Origin: Gammaproteobacteria bacterium
GTDB lineage: Bacteria > Pseudomonadota > Gammaproteobacteria > Poriferisulfidales > Oxydemutatoraceae
Assembly: GCA_028817225.1 (NCBI GenBank)
Contig: JAPPQC010000026.1
Location: forward strand, 8,631-72,630
Length of the DNA stretch: 64,000 nucleotides
Direction of reading: 5' to 3'
Below are positions 41,847 to 53,202 of the stretch, piece after piece. A program made the translations under genes and the position numbers. Position 1 is the first letter of the stretch. Each line of letters starts with the position of its first letter. The notes under the pieces are model-generated. The model did not search any database and had not been told where the DNA came from. It saw nothing but the letters and a program-made list of their open reading frames with translations.

Positions 41847-42811
41847 GGCAGCGCGGCGACCTCCTGCCGGTAGAGCAGCCACTGATACAGGCAGAAACCG
41901 CCGAGCAGCAGCGCCCCCTTCAGCCTGTCCAGTTGCAGGCGCCGCGGAACCAGCGTCAGCAGCAGCAACAGCGCGACCGTCAGTGTAACACTGGCGAAGA
42001 AATCGCGCTGCAAGACCTTGCCGGGCAGCGTCGTCGGGCTTAGCAGCGCGGCGATGCCGACGACGCCGAGGCTGTTGAAAAGGTTGGAGCCGAGAATGTT
42101 GCCGACGGTGATGTCGTGGTGTTTTCTCCAGGTGCTGGCGACGGTCGCGGCCAGTTCCGGCAGGCTGGTTCCGACGGCGACGATGGTCAGGCCAATCAGC
42201 AGTTCGCTGACGCCGAAATGGTGCGCGATGCCGGTGGCGGAGCGGACGATCAGGTGCGACGCCAGCAGCAGCACCGCAAGCCCGCCGGCAAACCACGCCC
42301 ACGCGCGCGCCGCGCCCGGATGCCGCACATCCTCCTCCACCGCTTCCTCGGCTGCGGCGGGCAGCGTCCTGACCAGCAGGTAGAGAATCAGGAACAGCGC
42401 CGACACCAGGATGACGCCGTCGTCCACGCCGAGTTCGGAATCGGCCAGCACCAGTCCCAGCGTGACGGTGGCGGCGGCCAGTATCGTGAACTTGACCGTC
42501 ATCACCGGCGCCTTGACGGTGATGGCGTGGGTGATGGAGACGGCGCCCAGCACCAGGCCGATGTTGGCGATGTTGGAGCCGATGGCGTTGCCGACGGCGA
42601 TTTGCGGCGTGCCGCCGAGCGCCGCCAGCGCCGACACCAGCAGTTCCGGCGCCGAGGTGCCGAAGCCGATGACGATGCCGATGCCGACCGCCGAAATGCC
42701 CAGCAGGCGGGCGACGACGACCGCGCCGCGCATCATGCGGTCGGCGGACCACATCAGCAGCCCGATGCCGGCGGCGAGGCCGAGCCACAGCGGTGTCATT
42801 CCGGTCAGCAT
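41843..42811 (-). CDS. yrbG: Na+/Ca2+ exchanger family inner-membrane protein (YrbG-like)
   Basis: Two alpha-repeat regions 'GTSAPEL' and 'GTSLPEL'. Conserved position upstream of kdsD. Confidence 0.8.
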   Translation of the reverse strand: MLTGMTPLWLGLAAGIGLLMWSADRMMRGAVVVARLLGISAVGIGIVIGFGTSAPELLVSALAALGGTPQIAVGNAIGSNIANIGLVLGAVSITHAITVKAPVMTVKFTILAAATVTLGLVLADSELGVDDGVILVSALFLILYLLVRTLPAAAEEAVEEDVRHPGAARAWAWFAGGLAVLLLASHLIVRSATGIAHHFGVSELLIGLTIVAVGTSLPELAATVASTWRKHHDITVGNILGSNLFNSLGVVGIAALLSPTTLPGKVLQRDFFASVTLTVALLLLLTLVPRRLQLDRLKGALLLGGFCLYQWLLYRQEVAALP

Positions 42812-42833
42812 TTGTCGGTGGGGGTTCGGGGCG

Positions 42834-42863
42834 CTTGCAACGCGCGCAGGCGCGTATTATAAT
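42834..42863 (+). promoter_or_regulatory. candidate sigma70 promoter TTGCAA-N18-TATAAT upstream of the tRNA-Ile/tRNA-Ala/23S unit
   Basis: Same -35 hexamer (TTGCAA) as the promoter in front of the 5S gene. Confidence 0.35.
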
Positions 42864-42868
42864 GCCCC

Positions 42869-42899
42869 GGTCATGCCGTTGCGGCATGGCCGTTTTTTT
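42869..42899 (+). terminator. terminator-like hairpin (10-bp stem GGTCATGCCG/CGGCATGGCC, loop TTG) followed by a U-tract
   Basis: Direct reading. Function ambiguous because it lies just downstream of the candidate promoter. Confidence 0.35.
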
Positions 42900-42965
42900 G
42901 ACGCAGTCCGTGTGGACCGGGGGCATGCAATCCGGGTGTTGACGCCCGTTGCCGTGAAGACAACC

Positions 42966-43042
42966 GGGTCTGTAGCTCAGCTGGTTAGAGCACACCCCTG
43001 ATAAGGGTGAGGTCGGTGGTTCAAGTCCACCCAGACCCACCA
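42966..43042 (+). tRNA. tRNA-Ile (anticodon GAT)
   Basis: Near-identical to E. coli tRNA-Ile(GAU). Anticodon loop CU-GAU-AA. Confidence 0.92.
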
Positions 43043-43060
43043 CGATGCACCGCGATGCGC

Positions 43061-43136
43061 GGGGCCGTAGCTCAGCCGGGAGAGCGCCTGCTTTGCAAGC
43101 AGGAGGTCAGGAGTTCGATCCTCCTCGGCTCCACCA
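43061..43136 (+). tRNA. tRNA-Ala (anticodon TGC)
   Basis: Near-identical to E. coli tRNA-Ala(UGC), 'GCCTGCTTTGCAAGCAGG'. Confidence 0.92.
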
Positions 43137-43307
43137 GCGGGGCGGCGAAACCCAATGCCGTTTTATTTGCAAGCCGCATTGGGCTTCGCTGCAAGCGAAG
43201 GGTTTTTTGACAATTAGCAAAGCCAGGATTCGCGGAAACATCCCGTTTCCGTGAATAACATTGTATCCAACACCAGTAACCTCGGCGGAGACTGCTTGAG
43301 GTTATAT

Positions 43308-46192
<2,885 letters not shown>

Positions 46193-46257
46193 TAACACTC
46201 AAGCACTTTCGTGCCTGTTGCAATGTGATTCAATGTGATTCCCGGCTTTGTTCATGT

Positions 46258-46291
46258 CAAAGGCGCCGCCCGCGCGGGCGGCGCCTTTTTT
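46258..46291 (+). terminator. rho-independent terminator directly after 23S (GGCGCCGCCCG-CGC-GGGCGGCGCC + T7)
   Basis: Perfect GC stem followed by TTTTTTT. Confidence 0.7.
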
Positions 46292-46380
46292 TGTGCGTTT
46301 TTGCGTGTTTTGCCGGCGGCGGCGCGGCGCCGGGGAAGGGCGGTTTTGCGAAAAGCGCGGCCTGTGTGTGTTCTCCGCTA

Positions 46381-46423
46381 TTGACTTTGGCATAGAGGGG
46401 GGTAGCATGGCGCATTCCACCCA
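46381..46423 (+). promoter_or_regulatory. promoter/operator motif copy 1 (TTGACT-N16-TAGCAT + GCGCATTCCAC)
   Basis: Conserved with the 48838-48881 copy. GGAGGA SD before ATG 46442. Confidence 0.4.
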
Positions 46424-46441
46424 TAACTCATCTGGAGGAGA

Positions 46442-47746
46442 ATGATGATATTAACCAAAAATTTCGCTCGTGGATTCAAACGGGCATCTTCGGGGCTTGG
46501 TTACGCAATGGTTTGTTTTTCCGCCGTCATGGCTTGTTTCTCATCCGTTGTCGCCGCTCCGAAGGTCGCTCACGAGACGGTGTTGTCCAATCTCGACAAT
46601 CCATGGGACATGGCGTTTCTGCCGGACGGAACAATGTTCTTCACCGAGAAATGTCACGGCCTTTCGGTGCGGCTGCCTTCGGGCAAAGTCAACAAATTGC
46701 TCGGCATGAAAGACAGCAAGGGTTACGCCTCGACCGCGCGTGATCTCTTCTGCGAGGGCCAGGCCGGCATGCAGGGCGTGGCCGTTGACCCCGATTTTTC
46801 CAAAAACCGGCAGATTTATGTCTATTCCACATCCGACAAGAGCGCATCCGGCAGCAACCGCCTGATGCGGATGAAGGTCAACAGCGGTTTCAGCGGCGTG
46901 TCCGGCAGGACCGACATCATTGACGATGTCCCGTACAAGCCGAAGGCGACCAATCACCCGTTCGGCGGGCCTGGCGCGCACAACGGAGGCCGTGTTCGTT
47001 TCGGGCCGGACGGGTATATCTACCTGACCACCGGCGACACGCACAACGGCAAGGTTCCGCAAAGCCCGACGCTGCTCGGCGGCAAAGTGCTGCGCGTTGA
47101 CCGCGACGGCAAGGCGGCGTCCGGCAACAAGCCGCCGAAAGGCTACGACAAGCGCATCTACACCTACGGGCACCGCAATGTGCAGGGCATCGCCTTCCGC
47201 CCGGGTGACGGCACGCCGGTGGTGGCCGAGCACGGCCCCTGGCACTCCGATGAAATCACCGTGCTGAAGAACGGCGGCAACGCCGGCTGGGATCCGCGCC
47301 CCAATGTGGCCGGTCGCGGCGACTGCCCGAACGGCTACTGCGGCTACATGCCGAACCAGATGGAAGGCGTGAATCCGATGGAACGGGCAAAATACATGCC
47401 GATGACGGATCTCAAGACCTACCCGGACGCCATGCGCCCGGCCTGGGTCAACAAAGGGCTGTCGCAGGGCACCTCCAGCGCCGCGTTTCTGACCGGCAAG
47501 CAGTGGGGCGACTGGAATGGCCGTCTCGCCGTCGGAATCCTCGGAATCGGTTTCGGCGGGACGCCGGTCGGCCACCGCATTGATGTGATTGAACTCTCCA
47601 AAGACGGCATGTCCGCGGGCGAAGTCATCCCGATGTCGCTGCCGATGGCATCGGGCCGCTTCCGGTCGGTGGTGCAGGGGCCGGACGGCAGCCTCTACGC
47701 AGCCGTGGATGAAGGCGCAATCTTCAAACTGACGCCCAGGAGTTAA
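46442..47746 (+). CDS. PQQ-dependent sugar dehydrogenase (soluble aldose/glucose-sorbosone dehydrogenase family)
   Basis: Signal peptide and six-bladed beta-propeller GSDH motifs. AT-rich 5' end. Confidence 0.8.
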   Translation: MMILTKNFARGFKRASSGLGYAMVCFSAVMACFSSVVAAPKVAHETVLSNLDNPWDMAFLPDGTMFFTEKCHGLSVRLPSGKVNKLLGMKDSKGYASTARDLFCEGQAGMQGVAVDPDFSKNRQIYVYSTSDKSASGSNRLMRMKVNSGFSGVSGRTDIIDDVPYKPKATNHPFGGPGAHNGGRVRFGPDGYIYLTTGDTHNGKVPQSPTLLGGKVLRVDRDGKAASGNKPPKGYDKRIYTYGHRNVQGIAFRPGDGTPVVAEHGPWHSDEITVLKNGGNAGWDPRPNVAGRGDCPNGYCGYMPNQMEGVNPMERAKYMPMTDLKTYPDAMRPAWVNKGLSQGTSSAAFLTGKQWGDWNGRLAVGILGIGFGGTPVGHRIDVIELSKDGMSAGEVIPMSLPMASGRFRSVVQGPDGSLYAAVDEGAIFKLTPRS

Positions 47747-47775
47747 TCAACCCGGCTCTGCCGCGCCGCCCGGCG

Positions 47776-48132
47776 GTGCGGCAGGGTCTTGCGCCTGTTC
47801 AATCATCAATGAAAGCGTTGGCATTTTCCGCCGCCGTTCTTGTGCTGATGCCCGTTGCGGCGTCAGCGCAGGAGACGGGCGCCGACACCGTGGCGAAGGT
47901 TTATGCGGAGGTGTGCTCCAAGTGTCACGGCCCGACCGCGCGGGGAATGGCGAGTTTCCCGCGGCTTTCGGACAAGGAGAAGGCGTATCTCGCCGACCGG
48001 CTCAGGCGATACCGCGCCGGAGAAATGGTCGGCCCCAATACCCCCCTGATGATGCCGCACGCGGTCAACCTGACCGACGCCGAGATTGACGAACTGGCGG
48101 CCTATATTTCCACGGCTTTTGCAGGGAACTGA
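47776..48132 (+). CDS. class I c-type cytochrome
   Basis: Signal peptide and a single 'CSKCHG' CXXCH haem motif. Start ambiguous (47776 or 47809). Confidence 0.7.
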   Translation: MRQGLAPVQSSMKALAFSAAVLVLMPVAASAQETGADTVAKVYAEVCSKCHGPTARGMASFPRLSDKEKAYLADRLRRYRAGEMVGPNTPLMMPHAVNLTDAEIDELAAYISTAFAGN

Positions 48133-48235
48133 AGAACCGCCCTGGCTGGCCGGGGAGCGGCGATTCGTTGTGATTCAGCGCGCCGCCTGACACCGGCGCC
48201 GCACCCCGGCAATGCCTGCCGGTTTTGTACATGTC

Positions 48236-48270
48236 AAAGGCGCCGCCCCGCACGGGCGGCGCCTTTTTTT
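48236..48270 (+). terminator. rho-independent terminator between the convergent cytochrome c and SRPBCC genes (near-copy of the 23S terminator)
   Basis: GGCGCCGCCCCG-CAC-GGGCGGCGCC + T7. The about 55 bp around it repeat the element at 46247-46295. Confidence 0.6.
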
Positions 48271-48292
48271 GTCGCCGGCGCCGGCGCCCCGC

Positions 48293-48823
48293 TCAGTTGA
48301 AGTGGCGCGCGAGGCTGCCGAGGCCCGCCTCATAGACGCCGGCCATCGTCTCGACGGCTTTTTCGTCCGGCGCGTCCTTGGCGTCGAAAGTGCCCGACCA
48401 GGTCACCGTGGCCTTGCCGCCCGGCGCGCCTTTGACGGCAACGACCGACTCGTAGTTTTTCACCGGCAGCGGCCCGCCGGTAATCCGGTAGGTGTAACTC
48501 TTGTCGTAGTCGCTGTGTTTGACCAGCACCTCAGTCACTTCGGCGCCGTCGGCCAGCGTCAGCACGCGCACCGCGCCTTCCTTGTTGTGTTGCCCCTTCT
48601 TGAGGGTGCTCATGACGACGACGGGGTGCCAGACATCAAGATGGTTGAAGTGGCCGATCATCTTCCAGGCCGTTTCCGGCGATGCATTGACCGTCGTCTG
48701 TTTCTCGACGCTGAGTTTTCCGCCGGCCTGCGCGGACGGCGCCGCAAGGCACAAGGCCGCGGCCAGTGCGATGCCGGTTGCGATTCCGGAAAAGGGCGAT
48801 TTTGTGCAAAGTGTGTTTTTCAT
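48293..48823 (-). CDS. SRPBCC (Bet v1-like/polyketide cyclase) family secreted protein
   Basis: Signal peptide then the SRPBCC fold. Start at internal ATG 48823 with a GGGAGAA SD. Confidence 0.6.
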   Translation of the reverse strand: MKNTLCTKSPFSGIATGIALAAALCLAAPSAQAGGKLSVEKQTTVNASPETAWKMIGHFNHLDVWHPVVVMSTLKKGQHNKEGAVRVLTLADGAEVTEVLVKHSDYDKSYTYRITGGPLPVKNYESVVAVKGAPGGKATVTWSGTFDAKDAPDEKAVETMAGVYEAGLGSLARHFN

Positions 48824-48837
48824 GTTTTCTCCCAGTA

Positions 48838-48881
48838 TTGATTTTGGTATAGGAGAGGGTAATATAGCGCATTTCCACGCC
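48838..48881 (+). promoter_or_regulatory. promoter/operator motif copy 2 (TTGATT-N16-TAATAT + GCGCATTTCCAC); partial third copy at 48897-48925
   Basis: Aligns position for position with copy 1. Upstream of the TonB-dependent receptor. Confidence 0.4.
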
Positions 48882-48960
48882 GCTCTTTCCCGAATATTGA
48901 CTTTGACGGGGGTGGCATTCGGCACATTTTTACACCCCGAAAACCTCAAGGAGTCCCGAC

Positions 48961-51357
48961 ATGCAAGCATTGCACCACGGCGGGCACGGTTGCAAAACCG
49001 CCGCCGCCGCTGCCGCGCTTCTCTGCGTTCTGACAGGCGTTCCCGCGCCGGTGCAGGGCGCGGAGGCCGAGAAAATCATCGTCATCGGCACCACGCCGGT
49101 GCGCCAGGACGACCTCGACGCGGGCGACTTTCCGGGGCGCATCCAGAGCGCCGGCAGCAAGGAACTCGGCGCCAGCGTCAGCGCCGACATTTCCGGCTAC
49201 CTGAACCGCTATTTCGGCGGCGTGCACATCAACTCGGCGCAGGGCAATCCGCTGCAGGTGGATTTGTACTACCGCGGCTTCGCCGCATCGCCGCTGCTCG
49301 GCCTGCCGATGGGCATGGCGGTGTACCAGAACGGCGTGCGCCTGAACGAACCGCTCGGCGACACCGTGAACTGGGATCTGGTGCCGATGAACGCCGTCGC
49401 CGGCCTCAGCCTGCTGAGCGGCTCCAACCCGCTTTACGGCCTCAACACACTGGGCGGCGCAATCGTGATTGAGATGAAGAACGGCTTTACCCATCCGGGG
49501 CACGCGGTCGAGGCCGAGGGCGGCTCGTATGAGCGCTTCATCGGCAACTTCGAGAGCGGCGGCAACAACGGCGAGTTCGCCTGGTATGTCAACGCGCAGC
49601 GCTTCTACGAGGGCGGCTGGCGCGACTTGTCGAAGTCGTGGGCCGAGAACCTCTACGCGAGTTTCGACTGGCGCGGCGACGGAGCGACGCTCGGGCTGAA
49701 CTACCACCGCGGACGCTCCGACCTGAAGGGCAACGGCCTGCTGCCGGCGGGCCTGCTCGACGGCGAGCGCGATGCGATTTTCACGGCGCCCGACATCACC
49801 GAGAACGATATGTACCTGTGGGCGCTCCGGGGCGACTATCAAATCGGCGACGATGTGCGCCTGTCGGGCAACCTCTATTACCGCGACAACGCCACCGACT
49901 CGTTCAACGGCGACGGCGCCGAAGAGGAACTGATTGATCCCGCCGACCCGATGGACCGGGTGCAGGCGTGCGAGGACATCTCATGCGACGCGGTCAACAA
50001 CATCAGCGAACGCAGCCAGCGCGCGCACGGCGGCGTGCTGGAACTGGACTTCCCGCTCGACTGGTTCGGCCTTCAGCACGACCTCAACGCCGGCATGGGC
50101 TATTACGAGGGCCGCAGCACCTTCGACTCGCGCGTGCAATACGCCACACTCGACCCGAACACGCGCTCAACGCGCGGGCCGCGATCCGTCGCCGGCGCCT
50201 TCAGCGACGACGACGATGACATCACCGATGTCAAGACGCGCGTCAAGCGCACCTATCTGTATCTCGGCGACAGCATCTCCGTCGGTGACGCCTGGACGGT
50301 CAACCTGGCCGGCTTCTACCACGACAGCGAAATCCGGCTGACCGACCGCACCGGCGACCAGCCCGAACTGAACGGCAGCCACGACTACGACAACTTCAAC
50401 TGGAGCACCGGCGCCGTCTGGCACTGGCGTTCCGACACCGACTTCTACGGCAGTTACAGCGAATCAAGCCGCCTGCCGACGCCGATAGAACTCGCGTGCA
50501 GCGAGGAGATTCTGGCCGCACGGGCCGCTTCCGGCGGCGGCGACGAAGTGGAGTGCCGCCTGCCCAATGCGTTCCTCGCCGACCCGCCGCTTGACGAGGT
50601 CATCTCGGAGACCTTCGAGTTCGGCGTGCGCGGCGCCGCCGCCAACGGCTGGCTGTGGTCGCTGGGCGCGTTCCACACCGAGAACAACGACGACATCATC
50701 TGGCAGACAACGGGCCGCGCCCACGGCGCATTCCGCAATGTGGACAAGACCCGGCGGGTCGGCCTTGAGGCGTCGCTTGCGGGCGACTACGGGCGGCTCG
50801 ATTGGAGACTGAACTACACCTGGCTTGAGGCGACATTCGAGGACGACTTCGAGGCGCTGGTCAGCGAGGACTACGCGGCCCTCGGCGCCACGGTGCGCGA
50901 GGTGTGCCCGAACCGCGGCACCGGATGCGCCGCCGCCGACATGGTGGAGGTCGCCAGTGTCGGCAAGGGCGACGACATTCCCGGCATTCCGCAGCATCTG
51001 TTCAAGGCCGCCGCGGATTACGCGTTCACCGACCGGTTTTCGATGGGAGTGGACATGATCGCGGTTTCCGACAGCCATCTGCGCGGCGACGAGTCCAACC
51101 AGTTGGACGAGGTCAGCGGCTACGCCGTGTTCAACGCGCGCGCCAACTACCGCGCCGGCGGTTTCGAGGCGTTTGTGCTGGTTGAGAACCTGTTCGACCG
51201 CGACTACGAGAACTTCGGCCTGATCGGCGAGGAGCCGGAACTCGGCAGGGAAGTGGGCGGCGACCCGTCGGTGCTGGAACTCGACGACGAAAGAGCGCTC
51301 TACTACGCCCCCGGCGCCCCGTTGTCGGTGTGGGGCGGCGTGCGCTGGCGCTTCTGA
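48961..51357 (+). CDS. TonB-dependent outer-membrane receptor
   Basis: Signal peptide, plug and beta-barrel. Terminal 'RWRF' aromatic residue. AAGGAG SD. Confidence 0.88.
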   Translation: MQALHHGGHGCKTAAAAAALLCVLTGVPAPVQGAEAEKIIVIGTTPVRQDDLDAGDFPGRIQSAGSKELGASVSADISGYLNRYFGGVHINSAQGNPLQVDLYYRGFAASPLLGLPMGMAVYQNGVRLNEPLGDTVNWDLVPMNAVAGLSLLSGSNPLYGLNTLGGAIVIEMKNGFTHPGHAVEAEGGSYERFIGNFESGGNNGEFAWYVNAQRFYEGGWRDLSKSWAENLYASFDWRGDGATLGLNYHRGRSDLKGNGLLPAGLLDGERDAIFTAPDITENDMYLWALRGDYQIGDDVRLSGNLYYRDNATDSFNGDGAEEELIDPADPMDRVQACEDISCDAVNNISERSQRAHGGVLELDFPLDWFGLQHDLNAGMGYYEGRSTFDSRVQYATLDPNTRSTRGPRSVAGAFSDDDDDITDVKTRVKRTYLYLGDSISVGDAWTVNLAGFYHDSEIRLTDRTGDQPELNGSHDYDNFNWSTGAVWHWRSDTDFYGSYSESSRLPTPIELACSEEILAARAASGGGDEVECRLPNAFLADPPLDEVISETFEFGVRGAAANGWLWSLGAFHTENNDDIIWQTTGRAHGAFRNVDKTRRVGLEASLAGDYGRLDWRLNYTWLEATFEDDFEALVSEDYAALGATVREVCPNRGTGCAAADMVEVASVGKGDDIPGIPQHLFKAAADYAFTDRFSMGVDMIAVSDSHLRGDESNQLDEVSGYAVFNARANYRAGGFEAFVLVENLFDRDYENFGLIGEEPELGREVGGDPSVLELDDERALYYAPGAPLSVWGGVRWRF

Positions 51358-51380
51358 CGCCGCGCCGCGCCGCGCGGCGG

Positions 51381-51409
51381 TTGCAATCCACCCCGGCGCC
51401 CGTTATAAT
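51381..51409 (+). promoter_or_regulatory. near-consensus sigma70 promoter TTGCAA-N17-TATAAT in front of the 5S rRNA
   Basis: Direct reading. Only 1 mismatch to TTGACA, with a perfect TATAAT. Confidence 0.55.
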
Positions 51410-51447
51410 CGCCGTTTCCGACAAACCAGACTGTGAGATTTGCAGCC

Positions 51448-51540
51448 ATGATGAAAGTACCGCTGGAAAACATGATCTCGCCGATCATCTTTTTCGCCAT
51501 ATTGGGTTTTCTGGATTACCTGATTGCCACCGCGCGCTGA
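51448..51540 (+). CDS. possible 30-aa hydrophobic leader peptide (MMKVPLENMISPIIFFAILGFLDYLIATAR)
   Basis: ATG-initiated ORF between the promoter and the 5S. No clear SD. Possibly spurious. Confidence 0.15.
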   Translation: MMKVPLENMISPIIFFAILGFLDYLIATAR

Positions 51541-51558
51541 GCTGCGCGACAACCGGTT

Positions 51559-51678
51559 TGCCTGGCGGCCATAGAGTGCTGGTACCACCCGATCCCATTC
51601 CGAACTCGGAAGTGAAACGGCGCATCGCCGATGGTAGTACGGGGCCTCCCCGTGTGAGAGTAGGACACCGCCAGGCAT
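51559..51678 (+). rRNA. rrf: 5S ribosomal RNA
   Basis: 'TGCCTGGCGGCCATAG...GAAGTGAAAC...GATGGTAGT...GAGAGTAGGACACCGCCAGGCAT' aligns with E. coli 5S along its whole length. Confidence 0.9.
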
Positions 51679-51696
51679 TGTTTTTGCGCGCGCGCG

Positions 51697-52482
51697 ATGG
51701 ATTTTGACCTTGAATTTTTTCTGGTGCTCGGGACGCTGGTCACCGGGCTGGTCGCGCTCGCCGCGCGCCTGTCCGCCAGGCGCACGCAGGACGAAGACAA
51801 GGCGGCGGAAAAGCCGGCCCGCTTCGGCTGGGCCGTGGACGGCGCGCGGTCTTTCTTTCCGATTCTGCTGATTGTCCTTCTGCTGCGAAGTTTCGTCGTC
51901 GAGCCGTTCCGGATTCCGTCCGGCTCGATGCTGCCGACGCTGGAAATCGGCGACTTCATACTCGTCAACAAATACACCTACGGCCTGAAACTGCCGGTTT
52001 TGCACGACACCATCGTTCCCGTCGGCGCGCCGCGCACCGGTGATGTCGCCGTGTTCCGCTACCCGCGCGACGCCAGCCAGGACTACATCAAGCGCATCGT
52101 CGGCGTGCCCGGCGACCACATCATCTACCGCGACAAGCAACTCCAGATTAACGGCGAGGTCATCGGGCAGGCCGAACGGGAGGACCTCGGCGTGTTTTCG
52201 GAGATGCTGCCGATTGAGATGCAGCGCAGGAGCGAATCGCTGCCGGGCGCCGGCCACGACATTCTGCTGGCGCCGTCGGTCAGCCAGCCGATGGGGCAGT
52301 GGCGCGTGCCGCCCGGCCACTATTTCGTCATGGGCGACAACCGCGACAACAGCAACGACAGCCGCGCCTGGGGATTTGTTCCGGAGGCCAACCTCGTCGG
52401 CAGGGCGTTCCTGATCTGGATGCACTGGGACTACGGCGCGGGCCGTTTTGATCTCTCGCGCATCGGCACGGTCATCCGCTAA
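51697..52482 (+). CDS. lepB: signal peptidase I
   Basis: 'IPSGSMLPTL' Ser box, 'KRIVGVPGD' Lys box, 'GDNRDNSNDSR'. Confidence 0.88.
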   Translation: MDFDLEFFLVLGTLVTGLVALAARLSARRTQDEDKAAEKPARFGWAVDGARSFFPILLIVLLLRSFVVEPFRIPSGSMLPTLEIGDFILVNKYTYGLKLPVLHDTIVPVGAPRTGDVAVFRYPRDASQDYIKRIVGVPGDHIIYRDKQLQINGEVIGQAEREDLGVFSEMLPIEMQRRSESLPGAGHDILLAPSVSQPMGQWRVPPGHYFVMGDNRDNSNDSRAWGFVPEANLVGRAFLIWMHWDYGAGRFDLSRIGTVIR

Positions 52483-53202
52483 ATGCCGGCGCTCGAAGAT
52501 CTGCTGAAACCGGGTTTTCTCGACCAGCCGCTGTTCCGGCGGGCCGTCACGCACCGCAGCGCCGGCAGCGGCCACAACGAACGCCTTGAATTTCTCGGCG
52601 ACGCGGTGCTGCAACTGGTCATCACCGAGACGCTCTACGAACGCTTCCCCGAAGCCGACGAGGGCGCCCTCAGCAAACTGCGCGCGCACCTCGTGCGCCG
52701 CGAGACGCTGTCGGCCATCGCGCGCCGGTGGCGCCTTGGCGACAATCTGGTGCTGGGGCCGGGCGAGGTCAAGAGCGGCGGCGGCGCGCGCGAGTCCATT
52801 CTTGCCGATGCGTTCGAGGCCGTCGTCGGCGCGCTGTATCTGTGCGAGGGCCTGCGCGCCGCGCGCGGTTTCATCGCCGCCGTCTTCGGCGAGCGGCTGT
52901 CGTCGCCGGCGCCCGCCGGGCGCTTGCAGGACGCCAAAAGCCAGCTGCAGGAATACGCGCAATCGCGCGGCGCGCAACTGCCGGTGTATCAGGTCATCGC
53001 GCAAGACACGCGCGGCGGCGACCGCTTCTTCCGCGTCGCGTGCACGCTGCCGGGCCTCGGCGTCGAGGCGCGCGGCGAGGGCGCGTCCAAGCGCAAGGCC
53101 GAACAAAACGCCGCCGAATCCGCGCTGCGGTGGATTGCCGATGACCGCCATGGCGAGGCCGATCATCGCTGCGGCGATGCCGATGACCGCGACGGCGATT
53201 GA
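52483..53202 (+). CDS. rnc: ribonuclease III
   Basis: 'ERLEFLGDAVL' RNase III signature and dsRBD. Unusual acidic C-terminal tail. Confidence 0.9.
   Translation: MPALEDLLKPGFLDQPLFRRAVTHRSAGSGHNERLEFLGDAVLQLVITETLYERFPEADEGALSKLRAHLVRRETLSAIARRWRLGDNLVLGPGEVKSGGGARESILADAFEAVVGALYLCEGLRAARGFIAAVFGERLSSPAPAGRLQDAKSQLQEYAQSRGAQLPVYQVIAQDTRGGDRFFRVACTLPGLGVEARGEGASKRKAEQNAAESALRWIADDRHGEADHRCGDADDRDGD

Noticed and set aside
42869-42899. Hairpin and U-tract taken as a simple terminator for an upstream plus-strand gene
   Set aside because: The nearest upstream plus-strand gene is 1.9 kb away, and a promoter-like TTGCAA/TATAAT sits just before it. Its function is ambiguous: a leader or processing structure, or an insulator. 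Kept as a low-confidence feature.
42812-42965. 16S rRNA expected upstream of tRNA-Ile and tRNA-Ala
   Set aside because: Only 154 nt separate yrbG from tRNA-Ile, and no 16S sequence is present. The 16S must be unlinked and encoded elsewhere.
41847-43043. N-terminal 400-aa extension of the 723-aa minus ORF upstream of kdsD
   Set aside because: His/Arg-rich. It overlaps yrbG in another frame and runs into tRNA-Ile. kdsD starts at the internal ATG 41846.
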